Below, in pieces: positions 19,201-25,914 of a stretch of DNA of 61,866 nucleotides (its first letter is position 1; every line of letters begins with the position of its first letter). Origin of the DNA: a virus; the IMG/VR virus record IMGVR_UViG_3300050120_000077, positions 1 to 61,866 of that record; one strand, written 5' to 3'. Both the position numbers and the translations under genes were made by a program. The notes below the pieces were generated by a model. It saw only the letters and a program-made list of their open reading frames with translations. It ran no database searches and was not told where the DNA came from.

Positions 19201-22200
19201 TCTGCCGGATTTGCGCGTCGAACTGTTTCCAATATTCCGGCTCGGTCGCCTTTACATCGGCTGGTGTCTGCGCCAGCACCTTGCGCGCGGCACGGCCAGC
19301 AGCCAAGACGCCGTCACGGTCTCCGGCTTCAACTGCTTCCTCGATCTTATCGAGGGCGGCTTCCATCTTGCGGGAGGCGTCCTCTTTCCCCGGCGCTGGC
19401 GGCGGATTGGCTCGAATGAACTCCTTGATGAAGCCTTGTAGTACGGGATTCGGTATGTCCGACATGCCATAGCTAAGGCCGCTCTCTGTCGGGCTCGATG
19501 CACCGGAGATATAGACGACATCGCTATAAGCCGTCAGGTCGAGATATTGACCGCCGCGCTTGTTGCGAAGCTTCCACATCCAAGTGTCGCCGTTCGGCTC
19601 CGTCTCGAATTTCATGGCGCGTGGTTGGATCTGATCAACATGCGCGGCGAGAGACTGTTTGAACTTTTCAAACAGATCATCCGGCAGCTTCTTCGGATCG
19701 ATATTTTTCAGTGCATCGACCGCGCCAGCAGGCGAGCGTGGGATCGCGATGATGTCGCCACCCTGGTATCCACGCGCGCCTTTCTCGATCAGCGCGCTCA
19801 CCAGTTGATGTCGAGACCGACCTTCCGGAAATATCCCAAGGCCCTTCGCGTAGTGCTGGATGGTGTCTTCTTGGGCACCCTCGAACGATGCCTGCGGGTC
19901 CATGAAGCTATCGTAGAACTTTCGATCAGCTTCGGACCTATCGTCATCATCATCTAAACCGGCTTCTGCGCTCCCTTCACCGGCGGCAGTTTCAGGTTCG
20001 GCGCTACCAGCGGTTTCGCGTTCGGCGTCGGCGTCGGCGCGTCCGGTGTCGGACTGCTGATCGTCTTCGCGATCGACGGCGCCGGTATCCTCGGCATCTT
20101 CGCCAGTTTGGCTGCTGCTTGGAACGACGCGTGCTTGGCTGCCAGCACCGGACCGCTCCTGCTGAGATTCGGCGCGGCCTTCGTCAGCGCGTGGCTCGCT
20201 GCTATGTGCCCCTTCGCTTCCGGAGCCCAATATTTCTTTGACTTCGGGGCCATAGGCTTCCTCTGCTTGGGCGACGGTAAGGTCGCCCTGGTTGACGGCA
20301 TTCTCGATGACGGCGTACTGGAAGGCGATGCCGGGTGGCATTTCCGGGTACTCGGCGAGCAGCTCGGCCGCGCGCGCGATATCGACCGGCTTTACCTTGT
20401 CGGCCATCGGACCAAGCGCATCCTCGATGGCCTCGTGGTGCGCGGCGGTTACTTCTTCGGGTTCTTCGCGGCCTTGCGCGCCAGTATCCGGAACGCGGTC
20501 GCCATGGCTTTGCGCTTCTTCTTTTGCTCCGGCGTCCCGTTCACCTTCGCCTTGTCGTTCAGTGACGACGCCATTTCGAGGTGCTGGCTTGGCTTGAATT
20601 GCATCGGACACGTCCTTTCCGTAGGTGTCGCTCATCAGTTGCGGTGTGATGCCGTAGTCAGCGTCTTCGCTCACCATCCGCATGGCGGCTTGCTCGACGG
20701 CGTCGTCGAGCGGCAAGTTTTCGTCCGCCATGATCGCGGCGGCGCGGGTCTTCACGTCCTCGGCGAGGTGCTTGTAGTCTTCGTCCTTGTCGACGTCGGC
20801 GCGGTGATCGTCGATTGCTACCTGCCGGGCGTGCGCGCTCGATTCCTCATCGGCTTTGCGCTCGCGCTTGGTCGGGGTCGATTCCTCACCCTCGGCCTTC
20901 TTGGCGTTGCCGCGGTTGAACTCCTCGTCGATCGCATCGAGCAGATCGCGGGTTGTCGTGGTGGCGTGCTCGCTCCCGCGCAGGTATCCGGCTTCCTCGG
21001 CCGCCTCGCGCATGTCGTCCAGCTTCATGCCAGTGGGACGCACCACGCCGAAGAAGCCCTTGCGGCCGGGGATCTGCACGCGATGATCGCCGGCCAGATC
21101 GAGAGCCTTCAATTCCGGATGTGGCTCGATGCCGCCCTTGGAGGCGATGAACTGCATCAGCGTCATCGGCTCGGTGTTGGCGGCGCGGGGTTTCGCGGGC
21201 GCCTTGGCCGGCGCGGCCGCGGCTGGTTCGGCCTGGGCGATTTCGTTCGGTCCAGGCTGGCTGAAACGCTGGGTGTGATCGCCGGTAGCGAGCCAATTCT
21301 TGAACTCGTCGGGGCCGAGCGCGGTGACGGCGCCCATGCGCGGCGTGGCGTCGTCGGCATAGGAATCGCGGTAGGCGCGGACCGCCGCTTCCGGATGTTC
21401 GAAGCCGACCATGATCTTGTGCTCGTCGAAGCTATCGTTCGACGGATCGCGCTGGTCGATCATAAATACATGCGGGCTGGTCGGCTTCGGACCGATGAAG
21501 ACGTCGAGGTGGTCGCCGTCGGCGCCGACGGTCCCCTTGATCTTGCCGTAGGCGACCGGCATGCGGACTTCCCACGGCTTGCCGTCAGGATCGGTACCGC
21601 GCCGGATCTGGCCTACGCCGGTCTCGATGCTGATGCCGTTCTTGCCCGCAAGGTCGAGGTGCGGCAGCTCGAGATGTCCGTGCTGGTAATTCCCGGCCAC
21701 GGCCTGCGCCGGTGTCGGCTCCTTGACGATCTCTGACGCCTTGAGCACGTCATCGACGGTTTTTGCCACAACCGGAGCGTCGCGTTTTCCGGTCGCCGAC
21801 GGTTCCTCTGCAACCTTATCCGGAGAGGACGCTGTAGCGGTACCAGCAGTTTCGGTTGTGTCGTTGGATTCCGTCGCTTCGGCCAACCGCGACGCGCGCG
21901 CGCGCGGCGACATATCGGCGATCTCCTGTTCGGAGAATCCTGCATCGAGCAGGGTTTCGTGGTCTGTCTTGGGGGGAGTGGCGGCTTCGCCGGTGCCCGG
22001 CGGTGCGGGTGGCGGTTCATCCGGAGGCGGCGCGCGGCCGGTGTCCGGACCGGGAAGCCCGCGGTTGTCCGGCATGACTTCGCCGTCGATGGGCTCGGCA
22101 GCGGGGAGGGTGCGCTGGCGCGCTTCGCCGGCGCGGCGGATGAAATCGGCGATGTCGTCGGGCGAGGATATGTCGCTCGGCTTCGGCTTCGGGATGAAAT

Positions 22201-23413
22201 GCCCGGCCGCGCCGAGCACGCCGCCGGTGATGAGGTTGGCGATGATCCGCTTGGCGTCGGGCGAGTAGCCAGCGTCCTTGTCGTAATATTGCTGGGCGAC
22301 CTTCGTGAGCAGATATTCCTGCGCCTCGCCGACGGTCGCGAACGCCGCGCCGCCCTCGATGGCGTGTTGCGCGAGGATCGCAGCGCCCGAAGATCCGAGC
22401 TTTGCGCTGACGGCGGTGATCGGCCGCAGCACGGTACCGAGCGGCAGCGTGCCGAGCGCAGCACCGATAGCACCGCCCCAACCGGCCGCCTTCGCAGCAT
22501 CGTCGTCGGATGCGCCCTTGGCCTTGGCGGCCTCGAAGGTCGCACCTGCGGTCGACGTGCCCATGCCGGCGGCGCCGAGCGCGATAGCAGCTTCCGGACC
22601 GGCGAGCGCGCCAGCGGCGAGATATGTGGCGGCGGCACCGACACCGGATCCGATCTGGCCGCCAGCGCTCGTCTTCTCCTGATCCGTCATCGGGATCGCG
22701 TCGGCAGCCTGTTTGATGGTGGTGCCGGTCTGATACTTCGCCTGCTCTTGGATCGGCTTGGCCGCCTCGGCGTTCTGAGCCGAGAACTTGGCACGGAGCT
22801 GGTCGGATTCCGCCTGGGCGTCGCCGCCGCGCGCGATGCGCTGCAAGGCGGCATTGAAATCCATCTGCAAGCCGCGGTCGCCGATGGTTCGCATCGTCTG
22901 ACCCATCAGCTTCGCACGCTCGGATGCCGACATGGTTCCGGCGTTCGCAAGCTGGTCGATAAGCGCGGTGCCTTCCGGTGCTACGGGCTTCGTCGGAGAA
23001 AGCGCAGCGAGTCCTTGCACGCTGCTCCCGGCTTGCTCCAAGGGTGCTCGGAGCAAGCCCTTAGCACCGGCCATAATCTGGCCGCCCACGCCGAGCGGCG
23101 GCGCCGCCGGTGGCGGCACCGGCGTTCCAAAGCTGGACAGGTCATCCGTCGAGGGTTCGGGCTCGGGATCGACCGGCGTGCCGTACTTCGCCAGATCCGG
23201 CGCTTTCTCGGGTGCCTCGGGCGCTTCGGCCGGCGACGAGAAATCGACGGTCGGTACCGGCGGCGATGGTGCGATCGGTGTGAGCTTGCGCGCGAGGCGC
23301 TCGGTCAGAACACCAGCGTCATCGGAAAAATCCGGAGCATCCTGCTGGTACTGACGCAGGAGGCTATCGCGAAGTGCGGCGTTGCCATCGCCGAGCGCAT
23401 CATCGAGGGCCAT
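10238..23413 (-). CDS. giant polyvalent virion/ejection protein (4,391 aa): InPase-like + N6-adenine MTase + SF2 helicase (DarB-like) + zincin peptidase, flanked by hydrophobic segments
   Basis: Uninterrupted 13,176-nt ORF. Its ATG shares 1 nt with the upstream stop (TAATG). Motifs are listed in the sub-features. Confidence 0.9.
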   Translation of the reverse strand: MALDDALGDGNAALRDSLLRQYQQDAPDFSDDAGVLTERLARKLTPIAPSPPVPTVDFSSPAEAPEAPEKAPDLAKYGTPVDPEPEPSTDDLSSFGTPVPPPAAPPLGVGGQIMAGAKGLLRAPLEQAGSSVQGLAALSPTKPVAPEGTALIDQLANAGTMSASERAKLMGQTMRTIGDRGLQMDFNAALQRIARGGDAQAESDQLRAKFSAQNAEAAKPIQEQAKYQTGTTIKQAADAIPMTDQEKTSAGGQIGSGVGAAATYLAAGALAGPEAAIALGAAGMGTSTAGATFEAAKAKGASDDDAAKAAGWGGAIGAALGTLPLGTVLRPITAVSAKLGSSGAAILAQHAIEGGAAFATVGEAQEYLLTKVAQQYYDKDAGYSPDAKRIIANLITGGVLGAAGHFIPKPKPSDISSPDDIADFIRRAGEARQRTLPAAEPIDGEVMPDNRGLPGPDTGRAPPPDEPPPAPPGTGEAATPPKTDHETLLDAGFSEQEIADMSPRARASRLAEATESNDTTETAGTATASSPDKVAEEPSATGKRDAPVVAKTVDDVLKASEIVKEPTPAQAVAGNYQHGHLELPHLDLAGKNGISIETGVGQIRRGTDPDGKPWEVRMPVAYGKIKGTVGADGDHLDVFIGPKPTSPHVFMIDQRDPSNDSFDEHKIMVGFEHPEAAVRAYRDSYADDATPRMGAVTALGPDEFKNWLATGDHTQRFSQPGPNEIAQAEPAAAAPAKAPAKPRAANTEPMTLMQFIASKGGIEPHPELKALDLAGDHRVQIPGRKGFFGVVRPTGMKLDDMREAAEEAGYLRGSEHATTTTRDLLDAIDEEFNRGNAKKAEGEESTPTKRERKADEESSAHARQVAIDDHRADVDKDEDYKHLAEDVKTRAAAIMADENLPLDDAVEQAAMRMVSEDADYGITPQLMSDTYGKDVSDAIQAKPAPRNGVVTERQGEGERDAGAKEEAQSHGDRVPDTGAQGREEPEEVTAAHHEAIEDALGPMADKVKPVDIARAAELLAEYPEMPPGIAFQYAVIENAVNQGDLTVAQAEEAYGPEVKEILGSGSEGAHSSEPRADEGRAESQQERSGAGSQARVVPSSSQTGEDAEDTGAVDREDDQQSDTGRADADAERETAGSAEPETAAGEGSAEAGLDDDDDRSEADRKFYDSFMDPQASFEGAQEDTIQHYAKGLGIFPEGRSRHQLVSALIEKGARGYQGGDIIAIPRSPAGAVDALKNIDPKKLPDDLFEKFKQSLAAHVDQIQPRAMKFETEPNGDTWMWKLRNKRGGQYLDLTAYSDVVYISGASSPTESGLSYGMSDIPNPVLQGFIKEFIRANPPPAPGKEDASRKMEAALDKIEEAVEAGDRDGVLAAGRAARKVLAQTPADVKATEPEYWKQFDAQIRQMVKPGYVTAQQQHRNEIAEAPTWAEVLHKLPMHADGRTHDTDLAFKLMAGITGGPLNKQKYDNLTGEQRHDLMRMVSDPFHNPAAKPQSTIPGTEAIGDGELAQRKSDQPLKPTAAQQPADDGLFGDGHKQTDLLDLKPAQEANDGISSSVSGRDAGSEPEDVPSLEEGRGAGAVRPVEGERGAPDVSGTDEGRSEGSGRPADLASSEGSGGGSESDDVRVSGRHADTEAGRSERADQRAAGRVKGENFHIDPGGLDEDRGPKRKAEDNLNAITLSNIIEKLDRPATLEEQQKLARYVGWGGLKNAFPDADGEFGKGFEVIGARLKSELTPEEYDTARRSIQYAHYTSEDIINGMWKAARQLGFEGGSVFEPGMGVGNFPGLMPPDVAEKSTYQGIELDHVSARIASLLYPKWGIRRDDFTRMPLPENAFDLAIGNPPFADIAIHSDSKYAKHSFLLHDYFFAKSLDGVRPGGLLMFVTSAGTMNKIDPSARNYLADRAEFIGAIRLPGNAFKKNAGTEVTTDIVVLRKLMPGETAADRSWTETAEVSLPGPDGKPVKGQISRYFAEHPEMVLGKGDFADKLYEGRYSVKAWDNFDLKDALAVAVAKLPRNVMKSPETPTERAEVDFDHTEKKQGSYYVDKDGSLRQIQSGAGVAVARRGKGIEGGKSAEQIERIRGLIPIRDALRETYAADLNDDRDAGDKARKKLNVTYDAFVGKYGPINKAEIQLRRPSVVQQESARAEAREEARYSGLDFNEGTFDATKLLDANRPMAEIARARKEAREAAATAGIKFDEGSFDPEDMKDNIIDKRPNIEPFMDDQEAYRLRAIEHYDDASGKASKGLVFSQNVITRETPPKINSINDAALYVLNQRGRLDLDAIGALADKSKSETIEALGDRIYRVPGTKDTWETKEAYLSGNVRKKLALAKAEAARDPLLRRNVEALEAAQPAPLAPAQIYAGLGMPWIPEKIVEQFAKEELGLTTFRAKYIPVLAQWTVSGDTDSVASITTFGTSRRNATALMSDALNHITPKIYDEADDKRILNVTATQDAQDKLTTIKEKFKGWVFADDARADPLAAYYNENYNNLVVRQYDGSYLTTPGIASGWKWRPHQTRVISRIIQEGNTYMAHAVGAGKTSAMIGSGMEMRRLGLVKKPMYAIPNHMLAQFTKEFYEQYPTARIAVADDRNFHAERRKQFMANVALDDLDAVIITHTNFGMIPVSDEFADEMIGVELDRYRNALAEMPSGQDSRITRSRIEKQIERLEQRLSGKSNRRRDNVFNFDEMGVDFLFVDEAQEFRKLDFSTQMSNLKGITPEGSGKAWDLYVKTKLLEKRNPGRNLVLASGTPVTNTMAELYTVSRYLQPGELAERQLSAFDAWAGAFGEEVSELEQDAAGGYKPVARFAKFINVAELSAMVRQVMDVVTSRQLEQYVTRPKIKGGKRSMNLAEKSPALIEYQDGLAARMVAIKNRGGKPKPGDDIMLTVIGDGRHAAIDIRLVGGDVDPDYPTKLELLIDNVFNTMKATARTKFYKPREGGYDMSAPVDVGPATQMIFSNLGISAKRGLPVHDYIRAELVRRGIPRDKIALISEYKTHIAKQKLFNDMNSGKVLLMIGSTAKMGTGVNAQRRLAAIHNLDPLWYPSDDEQRNGRGLRQGNWNPEIEINDYSTKGTYDSTMWGLMEKKARFIQGFFEGDPSMREMDDLGEASQYAQAKAMTTNDPRLMRLTELKQDLERSERRKSAFESERYALKRRQAEARSTLDYYGAREVNIQQDIKQRKDLSGDNFVGTVGKSTYDKRVDFGEALLTQLDKVTTTANIGRHLTIGEISGFPLRAHVRQILTENKGAAGNDLMLKRTGDAETTVHGTSALGMARSIESILSGFDADLAYAQDRVATAEKFLRESEGKEKARFQGEPEIDALASQVRDLEAQLAKKDEPATSTELPPPSPEALAQVMPLTERGAAKAAELERLLTEAVRKMVPNIQIKFHTGRIDHIDQGGWGDVAAKYKGVVGLYRPAKQLIELSLESGNPVSTAFHEAYHAIEHLLQTARERTLMAKETPRLRRAIDNGLIGFDKATIEGMAGYEVRAVAFELYRHQREKFGKAQNLHVGVRRWYHRLTDMTNRIRNGVNGLGFQTAEDIFAKAFEGGFADRTPPLLGTPFPQQEDALASVQNPFNGPLRDSVGAAIDERLANTKQKLIEGYQNLNRPVQNLETIIEARLAGELPDSQAFYQKKRLFPGKVAAEANDFNKNLLDPMIDLLKANKIDKDQAGDILYALHAPERNREMDKINMDSMFGAPDMVLGRGSGMSNDTAQEILNRYDPAVVRAIDQRADAIRDYINNLMVNSGLESATTVAGWRQTYDHYAPLSGWEDAPEEAPPGRSPKFNVRGPEVRSAFGRKSKADNPLANLIDQAYRTIERAKKNEYLQTVDNALHELDPDDQKNFVRFDRGRPKKELDKRTGLVRTVDDSNFRSEPGAVAFKRGGNVHYLLFDNSQLADAIKRMHADGLGMLQFVINIQNKLKASWTHYSPEFLLRHFLFRYPIEGTLNSFEQKESGDHSVGRYIADSTPFLGNASKAIFASNKGVTHDNAAIAELQRYWDEMRRAGGAMMFRQMRDTSLVREHMESKLNSLTNSTWSDAKAKWQAGVEAMDTVTNALDNALRLAAYAAARKQGKTPEQAAIVARDATVDFQQSGRWKNIMSLFAPFSGVAINTGARMTSAVARSRIMRMVFGSSVLAGFLSGMFNYLVGGNDKDGIPFADKMAWWEKSLTFTLLNPFGIDKDAKDRPQPIHIPMPYNWAFPLMIGQAAAAMVFTKDPHGVRKALGAVLKSGLEALTPFGAEDNLVAQISPELTRPLVHAYTNENWNGIPIHKDPAFQRGPRSESGRVNTGDGWKWAAKGINEVTGGDRKHSGALDVYPEDLREVFSYYSGLDTAMRFGRNVTGFVANAAEGTPDKEPSRIPFARVVRGTDYDQADKSRRFERDRESKQPWTR
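10778..11119 (-). other. C-terminal hydrophobic/TM region, aa 4099-4212
   Basis: MSLFAPFSGVAINTGARMTSAV, IMRMVFGSSVLAGFLSGMFNYLVGG, NWAFPLMIGQAAAAMVF. Confidence 0.6.
12914..13261 (-). other. zincin-like metallopeptidase module, aa about 3385-3500
   Basis: HExxH motif STAFHEAYHAIEHLL (HEAYH = aa 3435-3439, nt 13097..13111). Confidence 0.6.
14234..15883 (-). other. SF2 (SNF2/DEAD-like) helicase module, aa about 2511-3060
   Basis: AHAVGAGKTS (aa 2534), FLFVDEAQEF (aa 2694), LASGTPVTN, STAKMGTGVN, QRNGRGLRQGN (aa 3046). Confidence 0.8.
17612..18463 (-). other. N6-adenine DNA methyltransferase module, aa about 1651-1934
   Basis: Motif I VFEPGMGVGNF. Motif IV LAIGNPPFADI (NPPF = aa 1840-1843, nt 17885..17896). 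Confidence 0.8.
21350..21694 (-). other. inorganic-pyrophosphatase-like (InPase) module, aa 574-688
   Basis: GNYQHGHLELPHLDLAGKNGISIETGVGQIRRGTDPDGKPWEVRMPVAYGKIKGTVGADGDHLDVFIGP. Recognised from memory as the module described in polyvalent proteins. Confidence 0.55.
22193..22666 (-). other. Gly/Ala-rich hydrophobic (glycine-zipper-like) region, aa about 250-407
   Basis: GGQIGSGVGAAATYLAAGALAGPEAAIALGAAGMG...AAGWGGAIGAALGTLPLG...ITGGVLGAAGHF. Confidence 0.6.
23117..23197 (-). other. two DL[SA]x[FY]GTPV motifs at the N-terminus of the giant protein (aa 73-81 and 91-99)
   Basis: PDLAKYGTPVDPEPEPSTDDLSSFGTPVPPP. Confidence 0.9.
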
Positions 23414-24771
23414 TAATCGTCCTCGGCGCTGGCGCTCGCTGGCACCTTATCCGGCTTCATCGGATCGGCCGGTTCGGGCTTGCTCACTGATGGTGTGGCG
23501 GACGACGACTTCGATGCTGAACCCTTGTACTGGTAGACCTTCCCGTCAGCGGGGTTGGTGTAATACTGGCCGGGCTGGAGCTTCTTGCCGATGTTCGATG
23601 ATGTGATGCCGGCCTTGCCAGCATTGACCGGATTGGCCTGCGTCATGCCGGGTTGCTTGGCGACCTCGGCCGCGGTCTGCGGATGCAAGCCAACGCCTGC
23701 AAGATGCGCGGACTGACGCTCTTGCACCGTCTGTTCATAGGCCGCCTTCGCCTTCTGCACTTCCGGATCGTTGGGGCCGTTGCCGGTTTTGAGGGCGGAC
23801 TGATACGCCGTCATCGCGCCCTTCACCAACGGATCAGCGGCAACGTTGCGCTGTGCCGCGAGATAAAGCTGCGTCGGTGAATCGTTCTTGTTCGCTACCG
23901 TCGCGTCCTTGCTGGCGGCGGCGGCCTGCTCGGATTTCAGCTTGGCAGCAAGATACGCGGTGTAGTTGGTCTTGTAGGTCGCGTCGTCACCGGCCCTCTT
24001 CGCGTTGATCGCGGCGGTGAGATACGTCTGCGCGTCCTTGGTGTCGGCATGACGCTCTTTGTTGGCGCCTTCGAGCGTGGCACCGGCGCCGGAAGTCAAT
24101 GCCTGGAATGGTGACTTGCCCTTGCTATTACCAGCCGCGGTCAGGCCGGCGCCGAGGCCGCCCAGCGTCTCATTGACGACACTGCTTTTCGGATCGATGC
24201 CGAGTGCGCGGCCGAGCGCGGTTTGGTCGCCGAGTTTGTAAGCACCGCCCGGCGCTGCTGCGCCCGGCGCCCCATCCGGAGGCGCAAAGGCGTGACCGCC
24301 GGTCGATTCATACGAATTGACCACCTTGTTCGCATCGCCAACTGAAAGCGGTCCGCCGCCTGCAGGCAGCGAGAACTTGTTGAAGCGATCCGCAGCCGTG
24401 AACGTGCCGGGAGGTGAGATCGATGTCGGCGGCGGCAGCGGTGGTGCAGCGGCGCCCGATGGCGGCTGGCCAGGCATTGGCGGCGGCAAGCCGGGGCCGT
24501 TCGGCGGCGAGCCGCCGGCTGCCATCGGATCTGTGCCTTGCGGCATCGGTGGATCGGGTGGCCCGGCGGCCGGTGTCGGATCTGGCGTTGGCGTGGTGGC
24601 AGCCGGAGTAGGTGAAGGCGGCAGCGGCGGACCATCGGCGCCGGTCTGCTGCACCGGCGGCGGTGTCATCGACGGCTGCCCTGGCATTCCGGTGTTCGGG
24701 GGTTCGCCACCGATATCGGCGGTCCCCATGTTTCCAAGGGAACCGTCCGTCAGCCAATCAAGCAGCCCCAT
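23413..24771 (-). CDS. Pro-rich virion/internal protein candidate (452 aa)
   Basis: Long ORF immediately upstream of, and coupled to, the giant gene. The N-terminal 130 aa is Pro/Gly-rich. No motif recognised. Confidence 0.65.
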   Translation of the reverse strand: MGLLDWLTDGSLGNMGTADIGGEPPNTGMPGQPSMTPPPVQQTGADGPPLPPSPTPAATTPTPDPTPAAGPPDPPMPQGTDPMAAGGSPPNGPGLPPPMPGQPPSGAAAPPLPPPTSISPPGTFTAADRFNKFSLPAGGGPLSVGDANKVVNSYESTGGHAFAPPDGAPGAAAPGGAYKLGDQTALGRALGIDPKSSVVNETLGGLGAGLTAAGNSKGKSPFQALTSGAGATLEGANKERHADTKDAQTYLTAAINAKRAGDDATYKTNYTAYLAAKLKSEQAAAASKDATVANKNDSPTQLYLAAQRNVAADPLVKGAMTAYQSALKTGNGPNDPEVQKAKAAYEQTVQERQSAHLAGVGLHPQTAAEVAKQPGMTQANPVNAGKAGITSSNIGKKLQPGQYYTNPADGKVYQYKGSASKSSSATPSVSKPEPADPMKPDKVPASASAEDD

Positions 24772-24774
24772 CGA

Positions 24775-25911
24775 TCAAGCTCCCATCGCGCGCGCGAGTG
24801 CAGTAGCGGCGCCATAGTCGACGGCCATATAGCCGCTTGGGAGCTTGTGAACGGCAGAGGGGGTGCGCTTCCGCACCTCCTGCGCCATCAGGCCGATATG
24901 TTGTCGCTGATTTGGGTCGCCCTTGTAAACAAAGCTGTAGACGTTACTCCCATCATTCAGCTCGCCGATCTTGGCGATGTCCTTCTTCGCGCGCCGATCA
25001 GAGAGGGCCAGCTTGCCCGCAGTCCCGATCGCGGAGCCCAATAGCGCATAGCCCGAGTTGTCCGGCGCGGTGGTGACGCCGGTAGTCGTGGCAGGCATCG
25101 CGGCCGCGCCGGCTGCAACGGTCTGGTTTGCCGAACCCTGCGCTGCAATCTGGCTCTGCTGCGCCTGGAGCCAATTGTTGTACTGCGCGGTGAGGTCGGC
25201 CTGACTTTGCGCGGTGTCCTGCTGAGTGAGGCTATTCGCCGTGGTCTGAGCGCCGAGCTGCTGGGTCTGGAGCGCCTGATCCGCAGTCGCGCCGCCGAGC
25301 GACCGATTAAGGGCCGTCTCATTAAAATTCGCGTTCGCAAGTTGGGTCGAGTTCTGGTTGGCGACGTCCTGGGCGCCGGCGCCGATGGCGGTGTTGAACG
25401 CCGAATTATAGGCGTTGCCGATCACGCCCTCGCGCTGGACGTTCTGATTGAAGGCGTCGTTTGAGGCCTGAATGCCCGCACGCGCGTCGCCGAAGGCTCC
25501 CGATCCGGTCGCCTGTGCATTGGTCGCAGCATTGGTCGCGGCATTCGACATGTCCATCTGCTGAAGCTGCGGAGCCAGCGCGTTCATGACGTACTGGTTC
25601 ATGTACGGCGACATTTGCGAGGCGATGGTGTTCGTGCTCACGTTCTGAGCCGGTGCGCCCGCGTAATTGTTGATGAGGCCCTGCGCGGTCGCGCCGGTGC
25701 CGTTGTTGGCAATGCCCGTCGCGGCGTCGATGGTGCCTTGCTGGTTCGGCGAGATCGCAGCCGTCAGCGGTCCCTGATATTCCTGCCCAGCGGTCGAATT
25801 GTTCAGCGTGTTCTGCGCCGTTCCGAGATTGCTAGTCGCCGCCGCCGCGACCGCCGGATTGGCGGCCGAGCTATTGGTCTGCGTCGAAGTGGTCTGATTG
25901 CCGAAGCACAT
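24775..25911 (-). CDS. fibre/spike protein with C-terminal intramolecular chaperone (peptidase S74-like) domain (378 aa)
   Basis: LSDRRAKKDIAKIGELNDGSNVYSFVYKGDPNQRQHIGLMAQEV at the C-terminus. The N-terminal 260 aa is Asn/Gln/Ala-rich and fibrous. Confidence 0.7.
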   Translation of the reverse strand: MCFGNQTTSTQTNSSAANPAVAAAATSNLGTAQNTLNNSTAGQEYQGPLTAAISPNQQGTIDAATGIANNGTGATAQGLINNYAGAPAQNVSTNTIASQMSPYMNQYVMNALAPQLQQMDMSNAATNAATNAQATGSGAFGDARAGIQASNDAFNQNVQREGVIGNAYNSAFNTAIGAGAQDVANQNSTQLANANFNETALNRSLGGATADQALQTQQLGAQTTANSLTQQDTAQSQADLTAQYNNWLQAQQSQIAAQGSANQTVAAGAAAMPATTTGVTTAPDNSGYALLGSAIGTAGKLALSDRRAKKDIAKIGELNDGSNVYSFVYKGDPNQRQHIGLMAQEVRKRTPSAVHKLPSGYMAVDYGAATALARAMGA

Positions 25912-25914
25912 CTT

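Noticed and set aside
10238-23413. Giant ORF interpreted as a tape-measure protein, or as a virion RNA polymerase as in N4-like phages.
   Set aside because: No tail tube, sheath or chaperone genes accompany it, and I saw no polymerase motifs. The readable motifs are those of a methyltransferase, an SF2 helicase, a pyrophosphatase-like module and a zincin.
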